Notes: generated by a model from the sequence alone, not told the origin. DNA of 45,306 nucleotides from Hormoscilla sp. (GCA_051439505.1 JBFRWI010000232.1:1-45306), one strand, 5' to 3'; positions 8,802 through 18,715 are shown, numbered from the stretch's first letter. Program-made: numbers and translations.

Positions 8802-10400
8802 TCAATTCTCCATAGACATAATTTCGCGCTGCAATTCTTGGGCGGGTTCAAAATCAGGGAATAGTTCCAAGGATTGGTTAGTACAGTCAAGGGCGGCAGA
8901 TTTTTCTCCCAGATGATAGTAACACATTCCCATGTTGTAGAGAGTCATGGAATCAGCACCGTACAGTTTCAGAGACTGCTGGAAATACTGCAAAGCGGGG
9001 GCATAATATTGCATTTGACCGAGTAATAACCCCAGGTAAAATGCCAAGTCCTGCTGTTCCCCAATGGGATAATAGATATCCCACACTTGCCCGATCGCCC
9101 CATACATTTCCTGATTCAATACTTCGTCAGCGCTTTCCATCTGGGACATCAAGAGGGGAAAAAAGCCTAGCATGATGTTCGGATCCCAGCCACTTAATCT
9201 CAGGTAGGCAATTATTTCTTCGGTGCTGAAGTTTTCATAATTTTTCTCGATCGCCCCTGTCAAGGTGAAGAAGTCATCGGGTCCCAAGTTCTCGATCGCA
9301 TCTTCGTAGGCGTGGGCTATTTCCACATATTTTTGAGAGCGATCGCCCCAGAGAAAAGCCGAGATACTCATGCTAGGATGGTAGTGCCCGGCATGCAGCA
9401 CTTTCCCCCCTTGATTTTGCACGTATTGTCCGATCGCGTGATAGTTAACCATCATCGAGAAACTGCCATGAACATTAATTACCGGTTCTCCCCGGTAATG
9501 GAGAGATTCTTCGCAGTTGTAGCCCTTATCCCCCGATAATAATAGCAAATTTCCCCCCGCCAGTTGACGAAAATACCGAAGACATTCTAGACCAAAGCAA
9601 GGAAATAGAAGAGAAGTATCCTGCAACTGCTGCTGATAGTTCCCCAGCAGTTGATTGAAGTCATCATCGGAGTAGTATGCAGCCGTAACTGGACGCTTGT
9701 GATAGGAAATTTGCACCCGATCGAGCAATGCTGGGTCATCCAGGTCCGGTTCCGCTTGAGGAGTCGAAAGGGTAACCAGACTTTCGTATAGTTGACCGTC
9801 TTTAATATAAAAACAATCTTGAGGAATGCTATCGAAGAAATAATTAGCCAGGACGACCACGGGGTTTTTCACCGTTTGGGCGCAGAGAATCTCTCCGGAA
9901 CGAACTAGCTGAATTTCCCGGTCCTGGGTGGCATCAAAGCGGGCAAAGTCCAGTTGACCTGATGCGACAAAATCCTGTAGCCTGGGATGAGAGTTCCAAT
10001 AGTCTATATTCCGCTGGGGTAAATCTGTGATAATATATTTGAAAGGCACTGCTCTCATTACTGAACGCTTATATAAACCCAGGAACTTTTTCAGGAACAG
10101 ATAGGCAAAACGACCAGAACCGGCACCGAGTTCGATAAAATAAACAGGCTGACTCAAGTCGAGACTGGTGGGGGCCCCGTAGCAATCTCGCAGGAAACCA
10201 AACACCACTTTAGCATAGGCGTTGGCAATAAAGGGATTGCTCGTAATGTAGTGGGGGACGGTGTCCTGACTCCAGGCCCCTACCCCCTGCTGTTCAAAGA
10301 AATTGCGCTGTAGCTTCCACAGTCGGGACCGTGATAGGCGTACTTTTTCCTCTATAATATAGCTAGGGTTTGCTGCTGTCGAGGTCTTGGGGTCATTCAT
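8802..10400 (-). CDS. SAM-dependent methyltransferase (DUF185/NDUFAF7-like) with C-terminal TPR repeats
   Basis: IELGAGSGRF motif I, VLANYFFDSIP motif; C-terminal TPRs (YNMGMCYYHLGEKSAAL). Confidence 0.75.
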   Translation of the reverse strand: MNDPKTSTAANPSYIIEEKVRLSRSRLWKLQRNFFEQQGVGAWSQDTVPHYITSNPFIANAYAKVVFGFLRDCYGAPTSLDLSQPVYFIELGAGSGRFAYLFLKKFLGLYKRSVMRAVPFKYIITDLPQRNIDYWNSHPRLQDFVASGQLDFARFDATQDREIQLVRSGEILCAQTVKNPVVVLANYFFDSIPQDCFYIKDGQLYESLVTLSTPQAEPDLDDPALLDRVQISYHKRPVTAAYYSDDDFNQLLGNYQQQLQDTSLLFPCFGLECLRYFRQLAGGNLLLLSGDKGYNCEESLHYRGEPVINVHGSFSMMVNYHAIGQYVQNQGGKVLHAGHYHPSMSISAFLWGDRSQKYVEIAHAYEDAIENLGPDDFFTLTGAIEKNYENFSTEEIIAYLRLSGWDPNIMLGFFPLLMSQMESADEVLNQEMYGAIGQVWDIYYPIGEQQDLAFYLGLLLGQMQYYAPALQYFQQSLKLYGADSMTLYNMGMCYYHLGEKSAALDCTNQSLELFPDFEPAQELQREIMSMEN

Positions 10401-10516
10401 TGGCTTTATTGGGCTAATTGCTTATATTTAATTACAGCATATACCCAAGACATTGGGTGCATCTGGTGTTTGACTTGCTTGAAAATTGAGAATCTAGCTG
10501 CGTAACGGAGAAGAAT

Positions 10517-10933
10517 ATGGCAGAATATAACTGGATGACAGCCTTATTTGGTGGAGTCTCGATCGGGATAAGTGCCACCATCCTGCTAGCTTTCAATGGT
10601 CGGATCGCTGGGATCAGCGGTATAGTCAATGGCGCAATAAATTTTGCTGCTACTGAAGCCTGGCGCTGGTTTTTTATCATGGGGATGCTAGTAGGCGGTG
10701 GGATCTATGAGTATGCTTTCTCGCCCCAACCAACACCGTCATCGAACTTCGTGCCCTGGGCGATGATTATTGGTGGCTTCCTTGTTGGTTTCGGTACCCG
10801 CATGGGTAGTGGCTGCACTAGCGGTCATGGTGTCTGCGGACTGGGTCGCTTGTCCCCCCGATCGCTAGTCGCAGTTGCCACCTTTCTCGCAACTGGCTTC
10901 GCTACTGTCTTTATTATCCGTCACCTGCTTTGA
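10517..10933 (+). CDS. YeeE/YedE-family sulfur-compound transporter subunit
   Basis: GRIAGISGI, GFGTRMGSGCTSGHGVCG motifs. Confidence 0.92.
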   Translation: MAEYNWMTALFGGVSIGISATILLAFNGRIAGISGIVNGAINFAATEAWRWFFIMGMLVGGGIYEYAFSPQPTPSSNFVPWAMIIGGFLVGFGTRMGSGCTSGHGVCGLGRLSPRSLVAVATFLATGFATVFIIRHLL

Positions 10934-10942
10934 GGTAAAAAG

Positions 10943-11362
10943 ATGAAATATTTGATTGCCTTAATTTCCGGTACACTGTTTGGGCTAGGACTCGGCTTTT
11001 CCCAGATGATCGATCGCGATCGGGTGCTGGGTTTTCTAGATGTGGCGGGTGTTTGGGATCCGACACTGCTATTTGTCTTGGGTGGCGCAGTCGGCGTTAC
11101 TTTAATTACCTTCCGCTTTGTCTTGCGTTTACCCCATCCTCTGTTCGCGGAGAAGTTTTATCTCCCTACAAAGAAAGATATCGATATCCCCCTAGTTGCA
11201 GGATCGGCCCTGTTTGGTGTAGGCTGGGGCATTGCCGGGTACTGTCCGGGACCGAGTATTACAGCACTGGTATTGGGGATTTTGAATCCGCTATTGTTTG
11301 TGGTAGCAATGATTGCTGGCTCTCTTACCTACAAATGGTACTCTAAAATATATAATAAATAG
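10943..11362 (+). CDS. YeeE/YedE-family (DUF6691-like) partner subunit
   Basis: FGLGL...VLGFLDV.G.WDPTL, FGVGWGIAGYCPGP motifs. Confidence 0.92.
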   Translation: MKYLIALISGTLFGLGLGFSQMIDRDRVLGFLDVAGVWDPTLLFVLGGAVGVTLITFRFVLRLPHPLFAEKFYLPTKKDIDIPLVAGSALFGVGWGIAGYCPGPSITALVLGILNPLLFVVAMIAGSLTYKWYSKIYNK

Positions 11363-11452
11363 CCCTTTTGGCAAGTTTTGCCTGACAACGTGAAATTGCT
11401 GAGGAGAGAAAAAAGCCCAAAATGCCGTCTTGTCCGGGAGAGAGATGAAAAT

Positions 11453-12583
11453 ATGCTATTTCGTCAGTTAATAGATCCAGAAACTAGCACTTACACCTAT
11501 CTAATTGCCGATGAAAATACTAAAGAAGCTGTCTTGGTTGACTCAGTTATCGAACAGGTAGAACGGGATTACGAGTTGCTGCAAGAACTGGGTCTCACCC
11601 TGCGCTATTGCCTTGAAACTCATCTACATGCAGACCATATTACCGGGGCCGGGCGACTTCAAGAACTAACAGATTGTTTGGTTGTCGTTCCCGAACATGC
11701 ACTTAATCCCTATGCGGAACGACAGTTAAAGCATGGCGATACTTTGCAAGTTGGTTCGATAATTATTCAGGCGATCGCCACCCCAGGTCATACTAACTGT
11801 GACACGAGTTACCTAATAAATCAAGAACGGGTGTTAACGGGGGATGCTTTATTGATTCGGGGATGCGGTCGCACGGATTTCCAAGGTGGCAATGCTGGGG
11901 TATTATATGATGCGATCGCCCAAAACCTGTTTACCCTTCCTGAGGCGACATTAGTCTATCCCGCCCATGATTATCGCGGACGGACGGTATCAACCATTGG
12001 AGAAGAAAAACGCTGGAACCGCCGTTTAGCAGGACGGACCCGGGAGGAGTTTATCTCCATCATGGATAATCTTAACCTACCCAACCCCAAAAAGATGATG
12101 GACTCCGTCCCCGCCAACGAGCGATCGGGCTTACCAATTGTGGTAGCAGGTTTGAAAAAGATTAATGATACAATTACAATAGCAGGGCAAATTACGGCAG
12201 CACAGTTAAGCAGAGTTGCCGAGGAGGGGTTTAAGTCAGTTCTGAACGTGCGATCGCCTGTGGAAGATGATTTCTGGAGTGAAGAACAACCGCAGGCGGA
12301 AGCATTGGGGTTAAAATATCTGAACGTCCCCCTGACGATAACTAACATCAATAATGAACTGACAACTCTGGCACTCCAGTTCATTGATAAATGTCCCAAA
12401 CCGGTGCTGGTCCATTGTGGGATTGGACTGCGGGCGGGGGCCATGGTAATTATGCATATGGCCACTCGCCAAGGCATGACCCCAGAACAGGGCCTGGCAC
12501 TTGCTGAGCAAATGGACCTGAACTGCATTACCTCTCCCAAGATGAAAACATTCTTCGAGCAATATGTCACCAACTATATTTAA
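11453..12583 (+). CDS. Persulfide dioxygenase (ETHE1-like MBL fold) fused to a C-terminal DUF442/phosphatase-like sulfurtransferase domain
   Basis: MLFRQL, ETHLHADHITG, TPGHT, GDALLIRGCGRTDFQ, YPAHDY; C-terminal GFKSVLNVR...PVLVHCGIGLRA. Confidence 0.88.
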   Translation: MLFRQLIDPETSTYTYLIADENTKEAVLVDSVIEQVERDYELLQELGLTLRYCLETHLHADHITGAGRLQELTDCLVVVPEHALNPYAERQLKHGDTLQVGSIIIQAIATPGHTNCDTSYLINQERVLTGDALLIRGCGRTDFQGGNAGVLYDAIAQNLFTLPEATLVYPAHDYRGRTVSTIGEEKRWNRRLAGRTREEFISIMDNLNLPNPKKMMDSVPANERSGLPIVVAGLKKINDTITIAGQITAAQLSRVAEEGFKSVLNVRSPVEDDFWSEEQPQAEALGLKYLNVPLTITNINNELTTLALQFIDKCPKPVLVHCGIGLRAGAMVIMHMATRQGMTPEQGLALAEQMDLNCITSPKMKTFFEQYVTNYI

Positions 12584-12604
12584 ATAATCTGGGGAATTGC
12601 CAAT

Positions 12605-13393
12605 TCACAACACTACAGTACCCACAAATTCTTCATCCCGAAAAACCTTCTGCAAATTCCCGGGGACGGACCCGTCGATCACGATCGTTTGCAAGTTTAA
12701 CCTTGCTAATTTTAAGAACTCCCGCACTTTCCCTGCCATTCCCCCCGAAATATCTGCCTTTGTCTCGTATAAATATTCTTGCACTTGGGCGAAGTTTTCC
12801 TCCGTAATTTGTGGAATTACTTGCCCTTTATCATCTAAAACCCCCGCATAATTACCAGCATTGACTAACTTATGCATGGCGAACTTCCGATGCTTAGCAA
12901 AATATGCTGCCAGCAACTGCAAGATCGCGTCAGAAGAAATGGTCGTCCCGTTTAACTGCAAGTCGATAATTGCCTCCCCATATAAAACCGGGACAAAATT
13001 ACGCGCCAAGTAATGTTCTAATATTTCTATGTTACCATAAAAGTATTGCTTTTCCTCTGCCCAAAAAACATTTCCCGGAGGAAAACTAATAGCAGGAATA
13101 TTTTCTTTTAAGAGGCGATCGACCAGCAAGCGATTTAGTTTAGCGGTATCTTTTTGTAAATAACAGAACCCCAACCTACCCCTGGGGTCAGCAAAACCAT
13201 CATGAGTGCCAAACTTTTGGGCAGTAGTATGTCCAAAAGAGCCATTGCCGTTGATAAGAATTAATCGCAAGTCAGGTTGAAATTGTTTAATAGCAGCAAT
13301 TTCGGTAACGATCGTCGATAAATTGCGATCGCGCAAAGTAAAAGGTCGAGACTTATCGGTAATCAAAGAACCCCCTACTTTGACAATTGCCAT
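12605..13393 (-). CDS. Isopentenyl phosphate kinase-like protein (amino-acid-kinase superfamily)
   Basis: VKVGGSLITDK, GNGSFGH, VPVLYGE, ISSD, DISGGMAGKV. Confidence 0.8.
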   Translation of the reverse strand: MAIVKVGGSLITDKSRPFTLRDRNLSTIVTEIAAIKQFQPDLRLILINGNGSFGHTTAQKFGTHDGFADPRGRLGFCYLQKDTAKLNRLLVDRLLKENIPAISFPPGNVFWAEEKQYFYGNIEILEHYLARNFVPVLYGEAIIDLQLNGTTISSDAILQLLAAYFAKHRKFAMHKLVNAGNYAGVLDDKGQVIPQITEENFAQVQEYLYETKADISGGMAGKVREFLKLARLNLQTIVIDGSVPGNLQKVFRDEEFVGTVVL

Positions 13394-13398
13394 ATTAT

Positions 13399-13490
13399 AG
13401 ACGTTCGTAGTAATCACTTTAGTGATTCTCCCCTCCAAAATCTCAGACGTTCGTAGTAATCACTTTAGTGATTATCCCCTCCCAACATCT
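13399..13490. repeat. 46-bp-period tandem duplication containing palindrome AATCACTTTAGTGATT
   Basis: AGACGTTCGTAGTAATCACTTTAGTGATT at 13399 and 13445. Confidence 0.85.
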
Positions 13491-13906
13491 CCTAGAGGAT
13501 CGTTAAGAATAGATAAAGCTGCTAATGACCTCTGAGAGTAAATACAGACAGAGGTACAAGTTTCATCAATTCTGACTGCAACTAGACCTGGAAGGCCAGC
13601 TGCTTGTAAGCGATCGTAAATCCATTTAGCAATATTTTCGCTGGTTGGCGACTGTAAACCAGTAGATTCATTCAGGTAATAATGATCCAGATAACCATCC
13701 ACCAAAGGCTGAAGATAGCTTTTAATCGTCCCATAATCAATTACCATTCCTTCTTGGGGACCATTTTCTACCAGGGCATTGCCAGCAACATAGACAACCC
13801 CCCGCCAGCTGTGACCGTGCAACCGGGCACATTTACCATCATGGTTAGGTAATTTATGGGCGGCTTCAAAGCGAAATTCTTTGGCCAATATCCACTGATT
13901 TGTCAT
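13472..13906 (-). CDS. queD: 6-carboxy-5,6,7,8-tetrahydropterin synthase
   Basis: FEAAHKLP, CARLHGHSW, LDHYYLN, PTSENIA, ET motifs. Confidence 0.93.
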   Translation of the reverse strand: MTNQWILAKEFRFEAAHKLPNHDGKCARLHGHSWRGVVYVAGNALVENGPQEGMVIDYGTIKSYLQPLVDGYLDHYYLNESTGLQSPTSENIAKWIYDRLQAAGLPGLVAVRIDETCTSVCIYSQRSLAALSILNDPLGDVGRG

Positions 13907-13917
13907 CGTTACCTTGA

Positions 13918-14670
13918 CTAACTAACTATACCAGACCATTGCACTTTTTTGATATCCTGACGGCGGTAGGAAAAGAAATTTTCTGGTTCCAGATAAGTGC
14001 AATGAGGGGCGATCGCCACCTTCCGATCCTGCACTCCCAACTGTTGTAACTGGATAGCATTCACCCGCCGCACGTCCAAACGCACTCGTCCCGGTTCCGG
14101 ATCGGAAAACAAAGGGGAATCGGGCAAAGCGAACAGATACTCTAAAATAGCATTATCATCCCCTTTGGGAGCAATTGTCCCCCCCACCTGGGCAGCAACT
14201 TCCAGAGAAACCTGGTACACGGGGCCCGAGATCGCAGGCCCGATCGCAAAGCGCAAATCTGACAATTGACTGCCGACTGCTTGCAAACGGGCGATCGCGC
14301 GCGATAGAATTTCAGCAGCAGTACCGCGCCAACCCGCATGGACCGCCGCCACCTGACCGGTATTAGCATCAGCGATCAGGACAGGAGTACAATCAGCACT
14401 AGCAACCCATACAGATTGATTGTGAGTTGCCGTCATTACTCCATCCGCTAGGGGTAAAGACTGGTTGGTAAATTCAGCAGGACCCACTACTATATTACCA
14501 TGTACCTGTTTCGCCTGATAGACAGCAGCACCGAATTGCAACACCTCCACCAACTCCGAAGGGGGACGCGGAAAACAATGCCTGGTAAAAAAACCGTGGG
14601 ACCAGGGTGATAAAAGACTGCAAGTCAGGTAAGATAATCCCGACCCTGTCTGCCAATGCCAACTATTCAT
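13918..14670 (-). CDS. pgeF: PgeF/YfiH family protein
   Basis: QVHG, ADCTPVL, AVHAGWRG, IGPAI, FFSYRR. Confidence 0.93.
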   Translation of the reverse strand: MNSWHWQTGSGLSYLTCSLLSPWSHGFFTRHCFPRPPSELVEVLQFGAAVYQAKQVHGNIVVGPAEFTNQSLPLADGVMTATHNQSVWVASADCTPVLIADANTGQVAAVHAGWRGTAAEILSRAIARLQAVGSQLSDLRFAIGPAISGPVYQVSLEVAAQVGGTIAPKGDDNAILEYLFALPDSPLFSDPEPGRVRLDVRRVNAIQLQQLGVQDRKVAIAPHCTYLEPENFFSYRRQDIKKVQWSGIVS

Positions 14671-14852
14671 CCTTAAGTTTTTACCTACACCTACACGCCT
14701 ACGCTACGCAACTGAAAACTGACTATTTCTACCACTTTACTTTCATTAATGCTACAATTACTTGAACTATTTATCAGTCGGTTTTAACCGACTTTAGCTG
14801 TTAGCCGGGGGTTTGAACCCCCGGCGGGCTGACAGCGAAGTGAATAACTGAC

Positions 14853-15677
14853 ATGGGAATCGATCGCAATCTTTTAATCTCTGCCCTCAAGGAAGAGTCA
14901 ACATGTCAATTTCCCTTTGTGCTCCACATTTATGATACAGTTAGTTCGACCAACAGCGTACTGTGGGAACTAATTGACCGAGGCGCAACAGAAGGAACAG
15001 TCGTCATCGCCGCCCAGCAAACCGCAGGTCGGGGACAGCGGGGACATCAATGGCGATCGCCTCTAGGAGGATTATACCTTTCCTTAGCACTCACACCCGA
15101 GATCGGAGCGCAGAATGCCTTACTCCTAACAATTAGCAGTGCTTGGGGCATAGCCACAACCTTGCGCCAACTTCCCAGCAGTTCAGACCCAGACCAACCC
15201 AGAATTCCCGTGCAACTGAAGTGGCCCAACGATATTATCCTCAAAGAGCGCAAACTGGGGGGCATACTCACCGAAACCCGCATCCAGAGGGGTAAAATTA
15301 CCAAAGCCGTAGTGGGAGTGGGGATAAACTGGGAAAATCAGGTACCGGAAATGGGCATCAACCTCAAAAGCTACCTGGCGGACGACCCACGGCCACCCAT
15401 AACATCCCTAGAAAAGCTAGCAGCTATGACCTTACAGGGTATAGTCTGGGGATACCAGCAGGCCCAAGATCGAGGAATGACCAGTCTGCTATCATCTTAC
15501 CAACAGCTATTGACGAGCATGGATCGTCCAGTCGCGGTAGATGGACAGAAGGGCATTGTCACGGGTATTTCTGCCCAAGGACTGCTGCGAGTTCGCCTCA
15601 CTTCTTCAGCACCAGAGTCAGAAATAACCATCGAACCTGGTAAAATTCGTCTCGGTTACGATCTTCCCCGTTCGTAG
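14853..15677 (+). CDS. birA: Biotin-[acetyl-CoA-carboxylase] ligase
   Basis: STN, QTAGRGQRG..W.SP, KWPND, KLGGILTE, GVGIN. Confidence 0.95.
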   Translation: MGIDRNLLISALKEESTCQFPFVLHIYDTVSSTNSVLWELIDRGATEGTVVIAAQQTAGRGQRGHQWRSPLGGLYLSLALTPEIGAQNALLLTISSAWGIATTLRQLPSSSDPDQPRIPVQLKWPNDIILKERKLGGILTETRIQRGKITKAVVGVGINWENQVPEMGINLKSYLADDPRPPITSLEKLAAMTLQGIVWGYQQAQDRGMTSLLSSYQQLLTSMDRPVAVDGQKGIVTGISAQGLLRVRLTSSAPESEITIEPGKIRLGYDLPRS

Positions 15678-15821
15678 GGTGGGCACCGCCCACCGTCATA
15701 GCTAGGGAATGTATAAATATTCTTGTCCAGTTGCTTACTTAATTGATGTCTATTGTGAAAAATGTAATTCATATTCTGTATCATGACTCGATCGCGCGAA
15801 TATCCATCCAGGGTAAATCAT

Positions 15822-17267
15822 ATGAACGACAACAAGAATAGCAACTTTAGCGCTCCGCGAACGCTGCTCATCCAATCTTTAGGTTGGATCGGGGGTTTAG
15901 GGGTACTTAGCGGCGGCATAGTTTGGGCAGAACCCCAGAAACTACCAGAACCAACTTTACTACCGGCACCCGCCACCGATGAACCGGTAGCAGTAATATT
16001 AGAACCGGTAGTAGAGCCAAGGCCAATTCCAGCTCGCAATTGGGAAGCAGAAGTGAATTGGGCCTCGGAACCCAGTTGGACGCCCAACCCAGTACGGTCG
16101 GCACCGGAACCAGAAATCATGCTTGCACCGGGGACAGCCGCAGATCTACTGGCACCAGACCCCCGTCAAGCACCGGTAGCAGTAGAAAGAAAACCGGCCC
16201 CAGCTAAGAATTGGGAAGCGGAAGTGAATTGGGCCTCAGAACCCAGTTGGACACCAGCAACGGTAGCATCAGAACCCCAGCCAGATCCAGTAGAAACCAC
16301 GGTAGCAGTTGAGGCCAACAGCACTGATACAGCATACGGTATTGGCGGGAGCAACAGCAACGTTCTGGATAACCAAGCACCAAGGGAAGTGGTATTGTCG
16401 CCGCGAAACCCAGCCCCAGTGGCATACCCACCACCAGCACCAGCGACAGTCAGGTCCAGGAGGAGTTACCAGCGACCAGCATGGCGTCCCCAAGCAGCTC
16501 CCATCCCGGCCTGGAGACCGCAGTATCGGCGGAATTTGCCAAGGCCACAAATCGCCAAGGGCCGAAAAAATTCAGTAAATCTCGGACCAGCAAGTTACAG
16601 TCCCAGCGAAATTAAATATGGGGATGCCACGCCCATAGGACGCAGTTACTATCAGTATATCGCGCCCAACCTCCGCCCCGATAATGGTAATAATAGCATC
16701 ATCTTTCCCCTATCAATTCCCTCACCCATTACTTCCTTGTTTGGTTGGCGGACCCATCCCATCTTCGGAACGGAACAGTTCCACCACGGCACAGATATCG
16801 GGGCCCCCACGGGAACCCCAGTGTTAGCAGCATTGGCCGGAAAAGTCGCGATCGCGGACGCTTTGAAAGGCTACGGGTTATCGGTTGTATTGGAACATGC
16901 CCGATCGGAGAAACCCACTCAACAAACCCTGTACGCACACCTATCAGAAATCTTCGTGCAACCGGGAGAAGAAGTCAAGCAAGGCAGTATAATTGGTAGC
17001 GTGGGCAGCAGTGGCTATTCCACAGGACCGCACCTGCACTTTGAACTGCGGGAACTGACCTCTGAAGGTTGGGTAACATTAGATCCGGGGGCCCAATTAG
17101 AATACGCCTTAGCTCAACTGGTCAAGAATTGGGAAACAGCGGCAGTTGCACCAGAAGCAGAAGAAAACAATTCTCCAGCCGAAAAAGCCCTCAAAAAACT
17201 CAAGAAATTAGGATTTGAGGAGATCGCACCTGAAGACATGCCCCTTGTGAAAGTCAGGAAAGGTTAG
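15822..17267 (+). CDS. M23-family metallopeptidase with Pro-rich N-terminal region
   Basis: ITSLFGWRTHP, HHGTDIGAP (HxxxD), YAHL, STGPHLHFE; start 15783 or 15822. Confidence 0.92.
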   Translation: MNDNKNSNFSAPRTLLIQSLGWIGGLGVLSGGIVWAEPQKLPEPTLLPAPATDEPVAVILEPVVEPRPIPARNWEAEVNWASEPSWTPNPVRSAPEPEIMLAPGTAADLLAPDPRQAPVAVERKPAPAKNWEAEVNWASEPSWTPATVASEPQPDPVETTVAVEANSTDTAYGIGGSNSNVLDNQAPREVVLSPRNPAPVAYPPPAPATVRSRRSYQRPAWRPQAAPIPAWRPQYRRNLPRPQIAKGRKNSVNLGPASYSPSEIKYGDATPIGRSYYQYIAPNLRPDNGNNSIIFPLSIPSPITSLFGWRTHPIFGTEQFHHGTDIGAPTGTPVLAALAGKVAIADALKGYGLSVVLEHARSEKPTQQTLYAHLSEIFVQPGEEVKQGSIIGSVGSSGYSTGPHLHFELRELTSEGWVTLDPGAQLEYALAQLVKNWETAAVAPEAEENNSPAEKALKKLKKLGFEEIAPEDMPLVKVRKG

Positions 17268-17879
17268 TCGAGAGCATCTCAAGAATGAATCCCCTCGTGC
17301 CCTGTCTCTGGCAGGGGGAGGGGGAGGTCATGCGTCAGTTGGTATGGCCACACCCTCGTAGGGTGCCCGGCGTTGCCAACTGAATCGGATATCTGTCAAA
17401 ATATGCTACAGCTGGGAGGGCTGAGAAAAGATCAACCGATTTTGAGCCACACCCGCTCAAAGTTTGATGTTTGTAAAACAGATGCAAAATTTATCGCTAA
17501 AAGTGAACCTAGCGTTAATACCCACGAGTTAAAGTAAAAAAACAATTACGCGCTTTTGAGAACTTTTTTTTAAAAAATTCCCAAATCCTTACCATCCCGC
17601 TAGCCCCCACCCATCCACCCTTATGGTACTGAAAAAAAACGGCCCTGTCACCGTAGAATTTACGTAACTTTCTGGATTTAATGGACAACTTTTATCGCTT
17701 TTTGGACAGGAAAATGAAAGATTTTGGATTTATATACTATCATACTGGATTTCCAGATTCGGTTCTTGATCTAAGGTAAACCCGTTCGGTCGCCATCCGC
17801 TAAATTTTTCGGGACCACCCTGGGTCTGCTAACACCAACGGGCGGGTATGATCATCAACGGGTTCGGGAGCCACACCCC

Positions 17880-18030
17880 GGGTGCGGTCAAAAGTAGTTG
17901 CGGCGGATCCCCCCCAAACCCCCCCTTGCAAAAGGGGGGGCAACCGGCGCGCCCCCCTTTTTAAGGGGGGTTTGGGGGGATCCCACGACTGGGAAGATCC
18001 ATGAACGATCAACTGGTTTTGACCATACCC
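17880..18030. mobile_element. ~150-bp MITE, copy 1
   Basis: TIR GGGTGCGGTCAAAA...TTTTGACCATACCC; 9-bp flanking duplication CCACACCCC (17871-17879 / 18031-18039); internal G/C-run palindrome. Confidence 0.85.
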
Positions 18031-18073
18031 CCACACCCCTGGCAGGGAACATTAAAAGGATACATAAAGCAGA

Positions 18074-18274
18074 TCAAGTTGCGATCGCGAGCATTTGGTC
18101 TTGAGGATTAAACAGTTTGCGTTTAGAGACATTGAGAACTTCGATGCTCACGGGATATTCATTTTCGTCATAACTAACAATGACGCCTCCAGGTTCGGAG
18201 ATGGCATTAACTGGAAATCCATCGCGCAACATAAACATCAAAATGTCTGCTTCGCCATCGTATTTAACTTTCAT
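18074..18274 (-). CDS. DUF2283-domain protein
   Basis: MKVKYDGEADILMF...GVIVSYDENEYPVSIEVLNVSKR; the longer ORF start in the track runs through repeats. Confidence 0.85.
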   Translation of the reverse strand: MKVKYDGEADILMFMLRDGFPVNAISEPGGVIVSYDENEYPVSIEVLNVSKRKLFNPQDQMLAIAT

Positions 18275-18593
18275 GGGGATTCTCCTGCCAATATCGCGCT
18301 TATTTGATTCGTCCAGTTGCAATCGTAGGGTGGGCACCGCCCACCCTCTCCAGCTGTGGTCAAGAACAACCAGTTGGCGCAAGACCACACCCTTTCTTGG
18401 GCGATCGCTCCTTTTATTCCCGATCGCATGCCGTGCGATCGCCGGACTGTGGCCCCTTGTTGGGTTTCGCTGGCGCTCTACCCAACCTACGTAGATATCT
18501 TTTTTATTATCGTTAATCATCCAGTGGGTTTTAACCCACTTAAGCTATTAGCCGTGGGTTTTAACCCACGGCGGGCCATGAGACCAGGAGATC

Positions 18594-18715
18594 AATTAAA
18601 ATGGCGATCGCTGCCTAATTAAAATGGTGGGCGGTGCCTAATTAAAATGATGGGCCGTGCCTATTTTACATGGTAGGCAGTGCCTAATTAAAATGGTGGG
18701 CGGTGCCCACCCTAC
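18594..18715. repeat. 23-bp tandem repeat (~5 units) ending in a REP
   Basis: GCCTAATTAAAATGGTGGGCGGT-type units at 18613, 18636, 18659, 18682. Confidence 0.85.

Noticed and set aside
11971..12573. 200-aa antisense ORF and the many other antisense ORFs in the track
   Set aside because: Shadows of well-supported genes on the opposite strand, with no motifs of their own.
17800..18104. ORFs containing PPKPPLKRG / PPFLRGVWGD (also 33504-33895)
   Set aside because: Translations of the MITE, not independent genes.
18594..18715. Possible CRISPR array
   Set aside because: Units are contiguous 23-mers with no unique spacers and no cas genes nearby.
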